From Phoronis australis (Eukaryota; Animalia; Phoronida): 61,829 bases of DNA. The stretch is taken from positions 670,537-732,365 of the forward strand of contig NMRA01000006.1 of NCBI GenBank assembly GCA_002633005.1, in the 5' to 3' direction. This document shows, in pieces, positions 46,659 through 57,800 of the stretch (the stretch's first letter is position 1; each line of letters starts with the position of its first letter). The notes beneath the pieces were generated by a model. That model did not search any database. It had not been told where the DNA came from and worked only from the letters and a program-made list of their open reading frames with translations. A program made the position numbers and the translations under genes.

Positions 46659-48829
46659 CTAGTGTGCTAATGCCTTCTCCATTTCTTCATAACATTCTAC
46701 AGCTATTTGGGCTTCAGCTTTAGCTCTGTCTGTTTGGGCAGAACTGGCTTCCTGTTGAGCTTTGTTCAGTCCTTCCTTGACGGCCTGTAAAAGTCACATA
46801 CAAGTAAGTTCAAGATTCTCTTGTCACCTGTCTTACAAATATACAAAGCATAGTTTCTTTTAAAAATACAAAGCATCGTTTCTTTCAAATATAAAGACCA
46901 ACGCAAACAAAGTCCACACTATCAGTTTAAACAGTATCTTACATAATTCTATAATTTAGAAAAAATTATTTTCAGGAAAAATTGTACGTGTGCTAAATCT
47001 GTAACAAGCTGATCTTCTGAATACCTTTCAACTCTCCTGCTTAAGGTAATAGGCTACCCTAATTACCAAGAATCAAATTTTTTGAATGACAGTTTTAAGA
47101 ATCAACAGTAAACCAATACAATTAAATATTTTCAAAGTCCTTCAAAGCTTATATGTTCATTAAAGCAATGAACAGATGATTTTTATCACGACTAAGTGCT
47201 TCTGAAAAATCTTGATTTTCATGGTCATCGCCATATTTTCCTATAAAATTAAATTTTCACATGAAATTTGCAAATTCTTTTTCTTTATTTTCTTACCTAC
47301 AAACACCTCAAAACCTTGGTTGTAAAGAATTAAGACTTCTGTTGTCAGTCTCCATAACAGACACCTAATTACTGAATTTTAAGAAATGCATTAAAAGGAT
47401 ACTAAACATAGGTTTTAATGATTTCAAACAATCCTCGTTCTGTTATCTGCTAATGCATCACTGGCATGTCTTCCAAGTTAAAGTCATGAATTAACTCCCT
47501 ATCTCACGGATTGGACATTATGGTCCTTGGTGAGTCATCTTTTCCCACAGTTGCCGTGTAATTCGCTAAAAGTGTAGGTCACGCTTGCCCGTTTAGCAGA
47601 CTTTGAAAGGAGTTTTCAAAATTTTCTCCCAACTATTGAGGATTGTCGAGGGTTACAGAGCATTATTTCGTTTAGAGAACTGAATGGGAAAGCCATGTCT
47701 AATATCTGTTAATAGGACAAAACCAGGTTTGGTATCCTTTCAAGAACTCCAAAGACAGAGAGGCAAACATAAAAAATTGCCACTAGGGGAAACAGCAATA
47801 ATTCAATAAGTCTGAATCTTGTTACAGAGTCGCCTGCTTCATAGGAACACATGTGCTGACTTTCATCAAGATCCTAAGGGATTTAGGAGATACAGCAGTA
47901 GATCCCAGACGGATGGCCGTACAGATATGATGGCAATATGCACCCACATGTGTATACGTGGTCACATTAAAAGGGCCATCACATGATTACTAACACCTAG
48001 ACATGTTTCTGAGTGCACACTGAGATTCTCTGTTCATCAAAGATTTTAAAAATACATAGTTTTATGGGACTAAAATTTCTCCTTAAATAGTTAAGAAATT
48101 TGATCCACGGAAATGAAGGTAGCCAATTATCTTAACTGGTCATCTGGGAGTGTGTGTGTTGCTTGTATGTTGTATGTGTTACGTGTGCATGACTGTGTAA
48201 GAATGCATGTGTGTATGATAGACTGTAAACCAACCCAAGCTTTCAAGCAGTTTTAGGCAAAAAAGTAGGACACCTTTTTAAAAAAAGTAGGACACCTTTT
48301 TAAAAAAAGTAGGAAAAAGTAGGAACTGTGAAGTGAAAATTAGGAAAAATTAGGAAAGGTAGGAACACTTGAAAGCCTGCCAACCCTTGAAGAGGGTTGG
48401 ACGTTCGTACATTGAAAGTGCAGAATTAATTGTCGTTCATATCAAACTCGAACTGCACACCAAATATCAATCTGCACACGTTGAAATTTCAATCACGTGA
48501 GCACATTAATCTGCAGAAATGATATGGCGAATATGGAAAGCATGGAAATCCAAGCCCTTCGAAGGAAGTTATTCACTCGAAGATTCGACTTTTTACAATG
48601 GGTCGGTCATCACTCCGCCATTTACATTTTTGTGAACTCGTGAACGGAAGCATTCACTTGACTGATTGGCTGGCATTTGCGTCACTATACGACGTCATTT
48701 TGCCAAAAACTGAGATAACAAGATGGCAGATGACTTGATTCGTCATTGTTAGAGAAAGGTAAAGAGGAGAAATATGACCAGTAAGACCATTTGCGGTTCC
48801 CTAAATAAGCCAGTGGAATTTGATTTGGT

Positions 48830-48872
<43 letters not shown>

Positions 48873-51800
48873 TCAGATATAGGCACAATTTCACGCACAG
48901 ACCCATGGCCCTACATATGCACATTTAAGACAACAAAATGTTGTCTCTTTGGAATACTTCATGAACATGTCACATGAAGTGTCTGTAAGTGTCATCAAAT
49001 AAGGTGAAGCACAACTGTTTACCCATTACGCTAACAGCTGTTCACCAAACGTGCCATCTTTATCAGTGATTTAGTGAGGCATGTGTTGCGAGACCTGAAT
49101 GTGCTCAGATGTTAGCACTGCTTCAAACAAATGGATTACAAAGATAGTAATGGAACACACTGGGACATATGCTATGCTTAAGGTTTTCAGATTTCAACAA
49201 TTGAAATATACTTTCACAGCACTTACAGCCTGGTCCAGTTGAACAATTGAAATATACTTTCACAGCACTTACAGCCTGGTCCAGTTGATCAATTGAAATA
49301 TACTTTCACAGCACTTACAGCCTGGTCCAGTTGAACAATTGAAATATACTTTCACAGTACTTACAGCCTGGTCCAGTTGATCAAGAGTGACCGCCTCTTC
49401 AGCTAGTATCTGAACTGATGAGTCATCATTGATTGTGATGGAACCACTGCTCACTGGAATTATTAAGAAAATCTCAATGCAGAATTAGGCAACAGAGAAA
49501 ACAAAGGGTACTCTAGCAAGTTGAACATAGAGGCTTTTTAATGTTGAAATAACCTTTCAAATGCGGGATTGGTGGCCACAGTTAGAAGTCTGGTGAAAAT
49601 ACATTTTGAATGTTATCATGTACAAGTAAACTAATAAAACACAGCATGTAAACTTCAGTGCGGAGGTTAGTTGAACATAGAGGCTATTTAATGTTGAAAT
49701 AACCTTTCAAATGCGGGATTGGTGGCCACAGCTAGAAGTCTGATGAAAATACATTTTGAATGTTATCATGTATAAGTAAACTAATACAACACAGCATCTA
49801 AACTTTAGTGCGGAGGTTAGTGCTGCGTACCGAAATATTTTTGTGCAGCTCCGTCCTCCTCATAAACGGTCAACACTCCAGGTTTAAGCACTGCTAATGT
49901 GGGCACATGGTCAGGCAGGATACCAAAGCTACCACTGAATGATGGTACATCCACTTGCTTTACTTTGGCATCAGTGTAGAATACCTGCAACGTAAAGTAT
50001 TTAAGATAAACACAGCAAACAAAAATATCAACAGCAATCTATCATTAACAGAGTTTTATGGATAATGGTTTAAAACTTAAAGTGAAATGAAACCAGTTTG
50101 TGTTGAGCTTTGTACCTTTTGGAAGAACAGTCCTTCATTCAATTGCCTAACTCGGCAACTGGCCATTTTTACACTGTTCGCGCAAGGGGATATGAAGGAA
50201 AGTTTGAAAAAAGTTTGATTACGGATGTATTTGTTCTCGAGTTTGAAGGAATTGAAGACATGAACAGCCTCCTAAGGTGTCCCTCCATGTGCAAAAAGTA
50301 CTACTCATAGGAACATGACTTTGATGGTTTAATCAGTGAGGCATAATTTGCCAAAAAGCTTTCTGCTTCTGAAAGGCCTATGGGGTGGCCACCGTTTCTA
50401 TTGTCAGGTGAGAAAGTAGTACTGTTTCACTGTAGCTTGTTACAACTATTTCTCCCAGTATTAGAACGTCAAAACTGCGCAGTCATTTGAGTACACCAGG
50501 GCTTGGAATGACCAATGACAAAAAAAGCGGAAACTTTGAAACTTTTACGGCCTAAATCATGCCGGATAACCAGCCTTGAAATGGTCAACGTGAACCTTAA
50601 TTCCCCGACAAAAATCGGGACTAAAAAAAACGTTACCACCATCAGTAGCATGCATCTGCGTCCTTTCAGCGCGCCCGTCCACTCCCAACCCACACATTTT
50701 AGCTGCAGAGCAGTAGTATTTGTCGCCGCGCTTAACAATAACACGAGACGCCATTGAAAATCTCCCACCACGCTGTCCCAGATGCCCCGGCAATGTTGAC
50801 AATTTACGTTCCTCCGAAACATAAAGAGCAACTTCTGCTTTTCGAGGTGAACGTCGTCTGCAACGCCGCGGTAAGAAAGGAATTTGCAGCGGAAATTTTA
50901 TATCAAATCCGATTTTTTATGCGGAAATATTATAAAAAAAGCGGAAAGCACATTTGAAAAAAGCGGAAATCCGCGTTTCCGCGGAAAATTCCAAGCCCTG
51001 GTACACTTCTTCCCGAGTACACTATTTCCCAGAAGGCAGGAGGGTTCTGTAACCTACTGTCTGCGGAGCCACTTGCTGTAACTCAGTGTACACTTGCTGT
51101 AACTCAGTGTACAACTTCATGCGTAAAAAAATAATGCCTGATTTAGAGAACGAGTTTCATGTACTGAATAACATGACCAATGGTGCTGTTCAGTGATAGA
51201 CGGGTTCTCACTCACTCTCAGACAATAAGTAGTCCCTAGTTGGCTGGCTGCATAGGTAAGGCCCATCCTAGGCAGCTGGCCCCAGTAGAGACAGGGAAGT
51301 TACTATAGAAGCTTCATATGCCGGAAGCTTTTCGGCAAATTATGCCTTACACTGATTAAAACATCAAAGTCTCGTTGTTATAAGTACTTTGTGCTGTCGA
51401 TGTCTTTAACTCTTTCCAACTCGAACAAATTCTCTCGTAATCAAACTTTTTCAAGAAGTCCTTCGTTCAGTTGCGCAAATCAGCAACTGGCCATTTTTAC
51501 ACTAGGTGTGCAAATTTTACCGCGCCCGGCAGGAGCACGTGCAGTGTTAAATAAAGGCTAGTTATTGATTTGGACTGTTCGCGCTCGCCAGGGCAGGAGC
51601 GTGCGCAGTGTTGAAAATGACCAGTTGCCAATTTGAGCAACTCAAAGAATGACTGTTCGAAAAAGTTTGATTACGGGGGTATTTGTTCCAGTTGGAAGGA
51701 ATTAAAGATACTGACCGACGCCTACAGCCACCTAAGTCTTAGCTAGGCTAGAAAGTAGTAAGGTATCCTCCTCTCTATGTGAGGCATAATTCGCCGAAAA

Positions 51801-52903
51801 CCTTTCAACTCCACTGAGGCCAGATAGAGACGGTGGTCACTGTCTATGCCCTACCATCATCATAGGCAGAGCGGTGTGCTCCCTACCTCACTCTCTCTAA
51901 TCAGACTCAGACTCAAACAAGAGTCGGAGAAAAGTCAGCAAGGCCAAGCCCAGGGCGGCACTAGTCGGATATAATGGACCCTAACATATCAGGGCTCGAC
52001 ATAACGAGCTGCAGGTCGCATTTGCGACCTGAAATTTGGAAATGCGAGCTGAGATTTTTGTCAGCTCGTATCAAGTCGCAAAATGCGACCTGGAATTTCC
52101 AACGAATGCGAGCTGAGTTTTTACACTTCTCAACAGATACCTGGCANNNNNNNNNNNNNNNNNNNNNNNNNNNNNNNNNNNNNNNNNNNNNNNNNNNNNN
52201 NNNNNNNNNNNNNNNNNNNNNNNNNNNNNNNNNNNNNNNNNNNNNNNNNNNNNNNNNNNNNNNNNNNNNNNNNNNNNNNNNNNNNNNNNNNNNNNNNNNN
52301 NNNNNNNNNNNNNNNNNNNNTCCACATGGACGACGATAACATGACGATGACAGATACGATCGTGAGAGAGACAACGAAGGTGATGACGAGAGAAGACGTA
52401 CGATGATTAATAACGATGACGTTAATAATTGACGAAATCAACCAATGACATTGACTGATGAAAAAGGAACAGCGCGTGTTGTAGCAAATCGCCGATAGAT
52501 GGCGCTATATATAGTAAGTTCCCTGAAATAGCTGCCGATTTCACAATGCGCGTGGCTAAAGTGGACCGAGTTTGGAATAGCGCAGTTATAGACTAGAGTA
52601 ATTGAGGGTCGTGAAAAGAATTTGTACGGATAGCCAGATGTCTGAGAAATGCAACGATACCAAAATCATTCATTTAGACCTACAATTAGTGGATTTATTT
52701 GGAATAAGTTAGGGTCCATTGTATCCGACTAGTGCAGAGCCAGGATCGTTAACTTCGCTTGCCCAAAAATTTACCTGACCAGGAGATGCGAATGTGAATG
52801 CCATGTCGGCGTAACTCCTTTGTTGTGTTTGATATGAGACTGCCAAGCGTCTACACTGACGCCACATTTGTGGCACTCTTGTTACTGGTCTCAATATAGA
52901 CAT
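46659..52903 (-). CDS. ATP5F1D: ATP synthase F1 subunit delta, mitochondrial (165 aa)
   Basis: Exons 52775-52903 (Arg-rich transit peptide, then YADMAFTFASPGQ), 49831-49984 (VKQVDVPSFSGSFGILPDHVPTLAVLKPG), 49365-49453 (SSGSITINDDSSVQILAEEA), 46659-46784 (AKAEAQIAVECYEEMEKALAH*). Phases are consistent. Confidence 0.97.
47508..47740. repeat. Interspersed repeat, second copy at ~54367-54596
   Basis: Both copies share GATTGGACATTATG...CTTTTCCCA.AGTTGCC.TGTAATTCGCT...ACAGAGCATTATTT...GTTAATAGG.CAAAACC.GGTTTG.TATCCTTT. Confidence 0.8.
48236..48379. mobile_element. 144-bp hAT-like MITE with 6-bp TSD
   Basis: TIR CAAGCTTTCAAG / CTTGAAAGCCTG (11/12 match), flanked by CCAACC on both sides, with internal AAAAGTAGGA repeats. 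Confidence 0.7.
48831..48872. repeat. (AGT)14 microsatellite
   Basis: Perfect trinucleotide run. Confidence 0.98.
49198..49381. repeat. 46-bp tandem repeat x 4 containing the ATP5F1D exon 3 end and donor
   Basis: Unit CAATTGAAATATACTTTCACAGCACTTACAGCCTGGTCCAGTTGAA starts at 49198, 49244, 49290 and 49336. Confidence 0.97.
49519..49820. repeat. 151-bp tandem duplication filling most of ATP5F1D intron 2
   Basis: AGTTGAACATAGAGGC...GTGCGGAGGTTAG starts at 49519 and 49670. Confidence 0.95.
50497..51000. mobile_element. 504-bp hAT-like non-autonomous transposon with perfect 13-bp TIRs and 6-bp TSD
   Basis: GTACAC|CAGGGCTTGGAAT ... ATTCCAAGCCCTG|GTACAC, with multiple subterminal GCGGAAA motifs. 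Confidence 0.9.
51305..51830. mobile_element. Long-TIR palindromic MITE family; partial copy at ~50120-50390, internally deleted copy at 61602-61829
   Basis: TTTTCGGCAAATTATGCCT / AGGCATAATTCGCCGAAAA and GTAATCAAACTTTTTC / GAAAAAGTTTGATTAC are inverted pairs; the same motifs recur in the other copies. Confidence 0.75.
52147..52320. other. Assembly gap (174 N); single Ns also at 4369, 14402 and 19552
   Basis: Runs of N in the sequence. Confidence 1.
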
Positions 52904-52904
52904 A

Positions 52905-52950
52905 TTCGGAAGAAGAACGAGCACCGAACAACCAACCAATATGGCGGATG
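52905..52950 (-). promoter_or_regulatory. ATP5F1D proximal promoter / 5' UTR
   Basis: Pyrimidine-rich TTCTTCTTCCG immediately before the ATG; CCAAT and YY1-like AATATGGCGG (52938-52947) on the opposite strand. Confidence 0.4.
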
Positions 52951-54871
52951 GTATCCCACAATCCACTTGTGAAGAGACAAAACTGCTCGACAACTTTACT
53001 TTGTACCCACGGTAGATCGATCTACCGTGGGTACCAGAGTAGGTCACATCGTGAACAACCGTAAGCAGTCAAGCGATAATCATGCAAAACCATTTCTCAT
53101 TTCATTTTATTTTTGTCTGAGCGTGTATGAATCTTATTAATATTTTTTAATTTTGAGATCTTCTAAATCAGTTTCTAAAGTTGGTGAGAGTGTTTGCAGT
53201 GACTCTGAGAAGGCCCATCAGAAGAAACCAATTGAATTACCCTGTACACATAAGAACAGCTTGGCCTTCTCATGCTGAGCATATAATGCACCATGGATAA
53301 TATGGTGCGCATGACTTGCCTTAAAAATTACCTGTATCGCGCGCGTAGAACTTTTTCAGCTCCATGCATTATTCAAGTAGTTGAAATTAGGACCCCGAAA
53401 GAACATTGGGTAGAAACAAATGAGTGTCTTCGATAGCATCATGCCTGTCCAAGTTCAGCGTACGAGTTTAAAGTCAAAAACCGAACGATAAGTAAGGCAA
53501 ACGGACCAACATGACTGTTTTCAAAATTGAAAAGTAATATTAGCCGTCTTTGAAATTTTAAAATTGAGGCATTATAAGAGAAATTAGTGAATAAATTTTC
53601 TTCAGTATCACGACAAGCAACGAGAATAATTTGTGAATCGATTATAACGGGTTAATCACAGTCTGACTTAGGATCGCTTAGGCGTTGGGATAACAAAACC
53701 CCAAAAGTTAGCTTCACATCTCAGTCACGATCTGTATCATCATAATGTTTTGTATTCACGCAAAAAGTTAATTTGTAATCATTTTTTTTCTCGAGAAAGG
53801 TGAGTGTTAATTTCTTCTTTCTGTTTGTCACAAACTTTGCTGAGCCCGCGGAGTAGTTTGAATAATTCCTGTATCAGTTTGACAACGGGGACATTTTAAT
53901 TTTGATATTTGAATTGAATGATAGTGTATGACTGAGAAAAGTACACGGCCGTTTTTCTCGTCAGAGAATACTCAGACGTAATAGACATCGTTGTCCATTT
54001 TTGTTTTGAACTACAAACATAAAAAACGCTTTGCTCCCAAACCTTAATTCATGAACCACGGAATCAGAAAAGGATACTAAATCAAGTTTTGATGATTTCA
54101 GTCAATCCACAGTTTTGGAGTCACCGGTTAATGCACCACTTGGCGTCAAATCTTGAAAGATAAAAGCAGGAATTCAGTGGCGGATTTAGAGGGGTGTCAT
54201 GCAAGGGGTCCATGCATGGGCCCGCCCCGAAATTCTCCGAGTCCAAGAATCCATTGGGCAGATCGGGAGTGCCAATGTCTGACAAGCAAAATCCTGACTA
54301 ATACTCTGTCCTCCCCACCTCAAATTCCCATATGGAATTGAATAAAAATTTATACTTCTTGTCCCAGATTGGACATTATGCCGGGTCCTTGGTGGGTGGT
54401 CTTTTCCCATAGTTGCCATGTAATTCGCTGAAAGAGTAAGTCACACTTGCTCGTGAGACATTAAAAGCAATTTTCAAACTTTCCTCCTGAAAGTTTTAAT
54501 GAGTGTTTTACAGAGCATTATTTTGTTTCAAAAACGGGATGGGAGAGTCGTTGTTAATATCAGTTAATAGGCCAAAACCGGGTTTGATATCCTTTTCCTG
54601 CATATATTTATCAAACATGGCCGTTGGCGAAACTCAACGACGGGCCCCGTTGCATCATATTGACAAATCGCAATAATAGCTAGTGTAAACTCGCTTGATT
54701 GATCGAGAGTGCTCTAAGACAATCGCTCGTTCACCCAGGTGATAAGAATATTGGCCGGCATACCGTCAGTATGTCCAAGAATTATATAACTGCCGATAAG
54801 GACAAGCCGTGACTTCAGTCCACTCACAAACCTTGTCTTCCGGCATCACGCCGTACTCGGAGTGTCCGGAG

Positions 54872-57800
54872 ATGAACCAACCAGAGTTATGTTCAAGTAC
54901 AGTCGCTGCATCAATATCTCACCTGACAACGGGGCTACTCTTGATATTAATTCCAGTGTACTTTATTCTACAGATTCGCGACAAAACAACAACTAAGTAT
55001 GGCAAACACTCAGACGACAAACGGCAGGGAGTGAAGATTAACCCTACTATTGGATGGGTTGTCCAAGAGGCCCCGTCCTTTTTCACTCCTCTGGCTGTTT
55101 ATTTATATGCAGGGAATTTTAGTAATAACGTTACAGTCAACGAAGTACTGATGGTGATGTTCAGTGGCCATTATTGTTATAGGTGAGTAAATTACATTTA
55201 CGCCAGGAAGATAGGACTGTAATCTGACATGTCGCTTTGGTTATCTTGCAGAAAAAAAAAACCTACTGTGAGAATGTCTGAGTTATCTCATTACGTCCAA
55301 TAAGCCTAACTGTTCATTTTAAAGTAACAACGGTATAGTTCGGAAGCAGCCCTTCGTTAACACAAACTTCATCGTTGAAAACACGACTAGAAACTTTTCT
55401 TGTTAGAAAACTTGAAACTGATTCGCTCGTATCATATGTCGAAACAATCTCCTTTCTTCAGGTGTGCAGCTTTATATATAGCAAAGCCCCAAGAGACCAC
55501 AACAAACAAACAAATTAAAACAGAGCTATATTTCGACATTGCATATCTCATCATCAGGCAATAAGTGGAATGAACATTAAGTACGTAGCGAAATACCGTG
55601 TGTTGCATTCACACTCTCTGCGCTTGTATGTCCCCGTTCCCGCTGTCACGTGTATTTCTCTGTTTATTTCTCTACGTATGTGTGTGCGGCGCGCGCGCGG
55701 TGTGTGTGTGTGTGTGCGCGTGTGTGTGCGCGCGTGTGTGCCGGTGTGTGCGCGTGTGCGTGTGCCCGTGTGCGTTTGACGTGTGCGCGTGTGTGTGTAA
55801 ATTATACCATTTCCATGGTTCAAAAATCCGTATTCTGAGCAAACAGTCACAAATTATCATGATAAGATGTAAGGCCAAACTCCAGCCTAGTCTAGTCTGA
55901 CACTATGAGACCAAAGTACGAGCCCATGTAATATTCATGAACACCAGACCGTACTATACCTCGGCTATCGTGTAGGCAACGACACTGTCAACCCCGAAAA
56001 TATTTCATGTGATCGTTATTAAACCCGTTTTTAATTTCAGAAGTATCATCTACCCGTTCTTCTTCAAAAGAGGAGGCCAGCCTTTGCCATTAGCGATAAC
56101 AATATCAGCAACGGTGTTTACCACACTGAATGGATTTACTCAAACTAAAGCAATACTATGCGCTTCATATCAGTTAAGCTGGGTCAAAGATACAAGATTC
56201 CTGATAGGTAAACATTCCTTCAAGAAGGCAATTTCAGTATGTAACTGGGATAATTCCAATCAACAAACACTGAATGAAACCTCAAAGGTGTGACTAAGTG
56301 AGTGAAACGGACCGGAAATAAACCCACTTGGTGTCTAACGAACTTTCGTGTCTATACCTGATGACTTCCACTATTTTTGGCAATAGAAAGCTTCATTTTG
56401 CTGTTGTTTCGCTATAGCAGTTAACATTGGCGTGGCCAGAACTTTACAACAGGCTGGGCCAAATTTGGGAACCGGTTGTTTCCCACTTTGTATTTCTGTT
56501 ACTTAAATAATAACGCACGTTCCTACAAGTATTTATATTTATTTTTAAAGTTTGTTACAAATGCTTTGTCTCCGAAATATCGGCACGTCATCGACGTTCG
56601 ATCTCACTGCGCAAGTGAAATTTCTTCCCAAACGTATAGAGACACATAAGAAGCCAAGGGAGACGTGAAGACCTTACTTTACTTGATTTTTGTTAAGGCA
56701 CTCAAAGCCCGGGCGCAGCTTAATCCGCTGACTCGGGCGCTCACTTGCACACTCTTTCTTAATATTTGTTTGTTGAAAAATGAGTACACAAGCTTACGCG
56801 TGCGCTAAAAAAACTTCTGTGAACTGAGTAAATGTGCCCCACCGTGGTTACACCACTGGCTGTTGATTTTGTTGTGCCAGCAACTGATGTCACAGCAAGG
56901 CCATCCACGCGCCTTTTTTGAATCATTTTTAGGGTAAGTCAGTTCCAATAAAGTATCGTTTTCTCGATGTTCTGTTAATAAAGTAAATAGAATCCTATCA
57001 CGGTAATGAATACGAGACAGATTTTATACGAGCAATAAAATGCCTCATTCAATTTCCTTTTATTTAGCCACTGAGCTAAACAAAGCAAAATGCAGTATTA
57101 ATTAATTTCAGTTGGTTTAAATATTTCTTTGATCAATGGGATATTGCTCTACCAAGGCTACTCGACTAGAGGATATTCGGTACACGGAGATGTGGACAAT
57201 TTGACTGAGCCGAGATGGTCGCAGTAGCGCAGGATAATAATATAACTAACCCATGGTGAGCCTGTCTCACCCCTGTCGTCAAGTTCAAAGTCCTGACCAG
57301 GTCTCTCGAAATTTAGAGCGACTTTGAGCATAAATGTCATCCTCCTACATTTTGTATTTTTCTAAATATTCATGCATGTACATTAGACGTTGGGCGTTTC
57401 GCATGAAAAGTACATGTAGCTATGCTGCTATAGACCTACAACCACTGGCTCGGAGGTCTTTCTTGGACATTTCAATACACCATGGATCAATGTGCACTAA
57501 CACCGACCTACTAAGAATAATCCCCGCTAGTATGAAGCTATCTTCTGATCGATTTACGAAGAATATATTTGTTTGAAATTTACATGAATAATCACGCTGT
57601 TTGATGATATTTTATTTTTAGGAGTGACCGTGTTTACTGTTGGTTTATTAATCAACATCCACTCTGATTACATTTTACGGAGCCTCAGAAAGCCGGGGCA
57701 AAGTGGATACAAAATTCCCAAAGGTAGAGTATGAACGCAGGATACAGTTCGTTCCGAGAACAAGTCAACCATTCACAATGTCATGACGGGTTTAAATTTG

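Noticed and set aside
51961-52441. ORFs spanning the N run
   Set aside because: Gap artefacts.
52709-53047. N-terminal extension of ATP5F1D from the upstream in-frame start
   Set aside because: The ATG at 52903 yields a typical transit peptide and normal length; the upstream frame has no homology support.
55554-55900. Cys/Val- or His/Thr-rich ORFs
   Set aside because: Translations of the TG/CG microsatellite.
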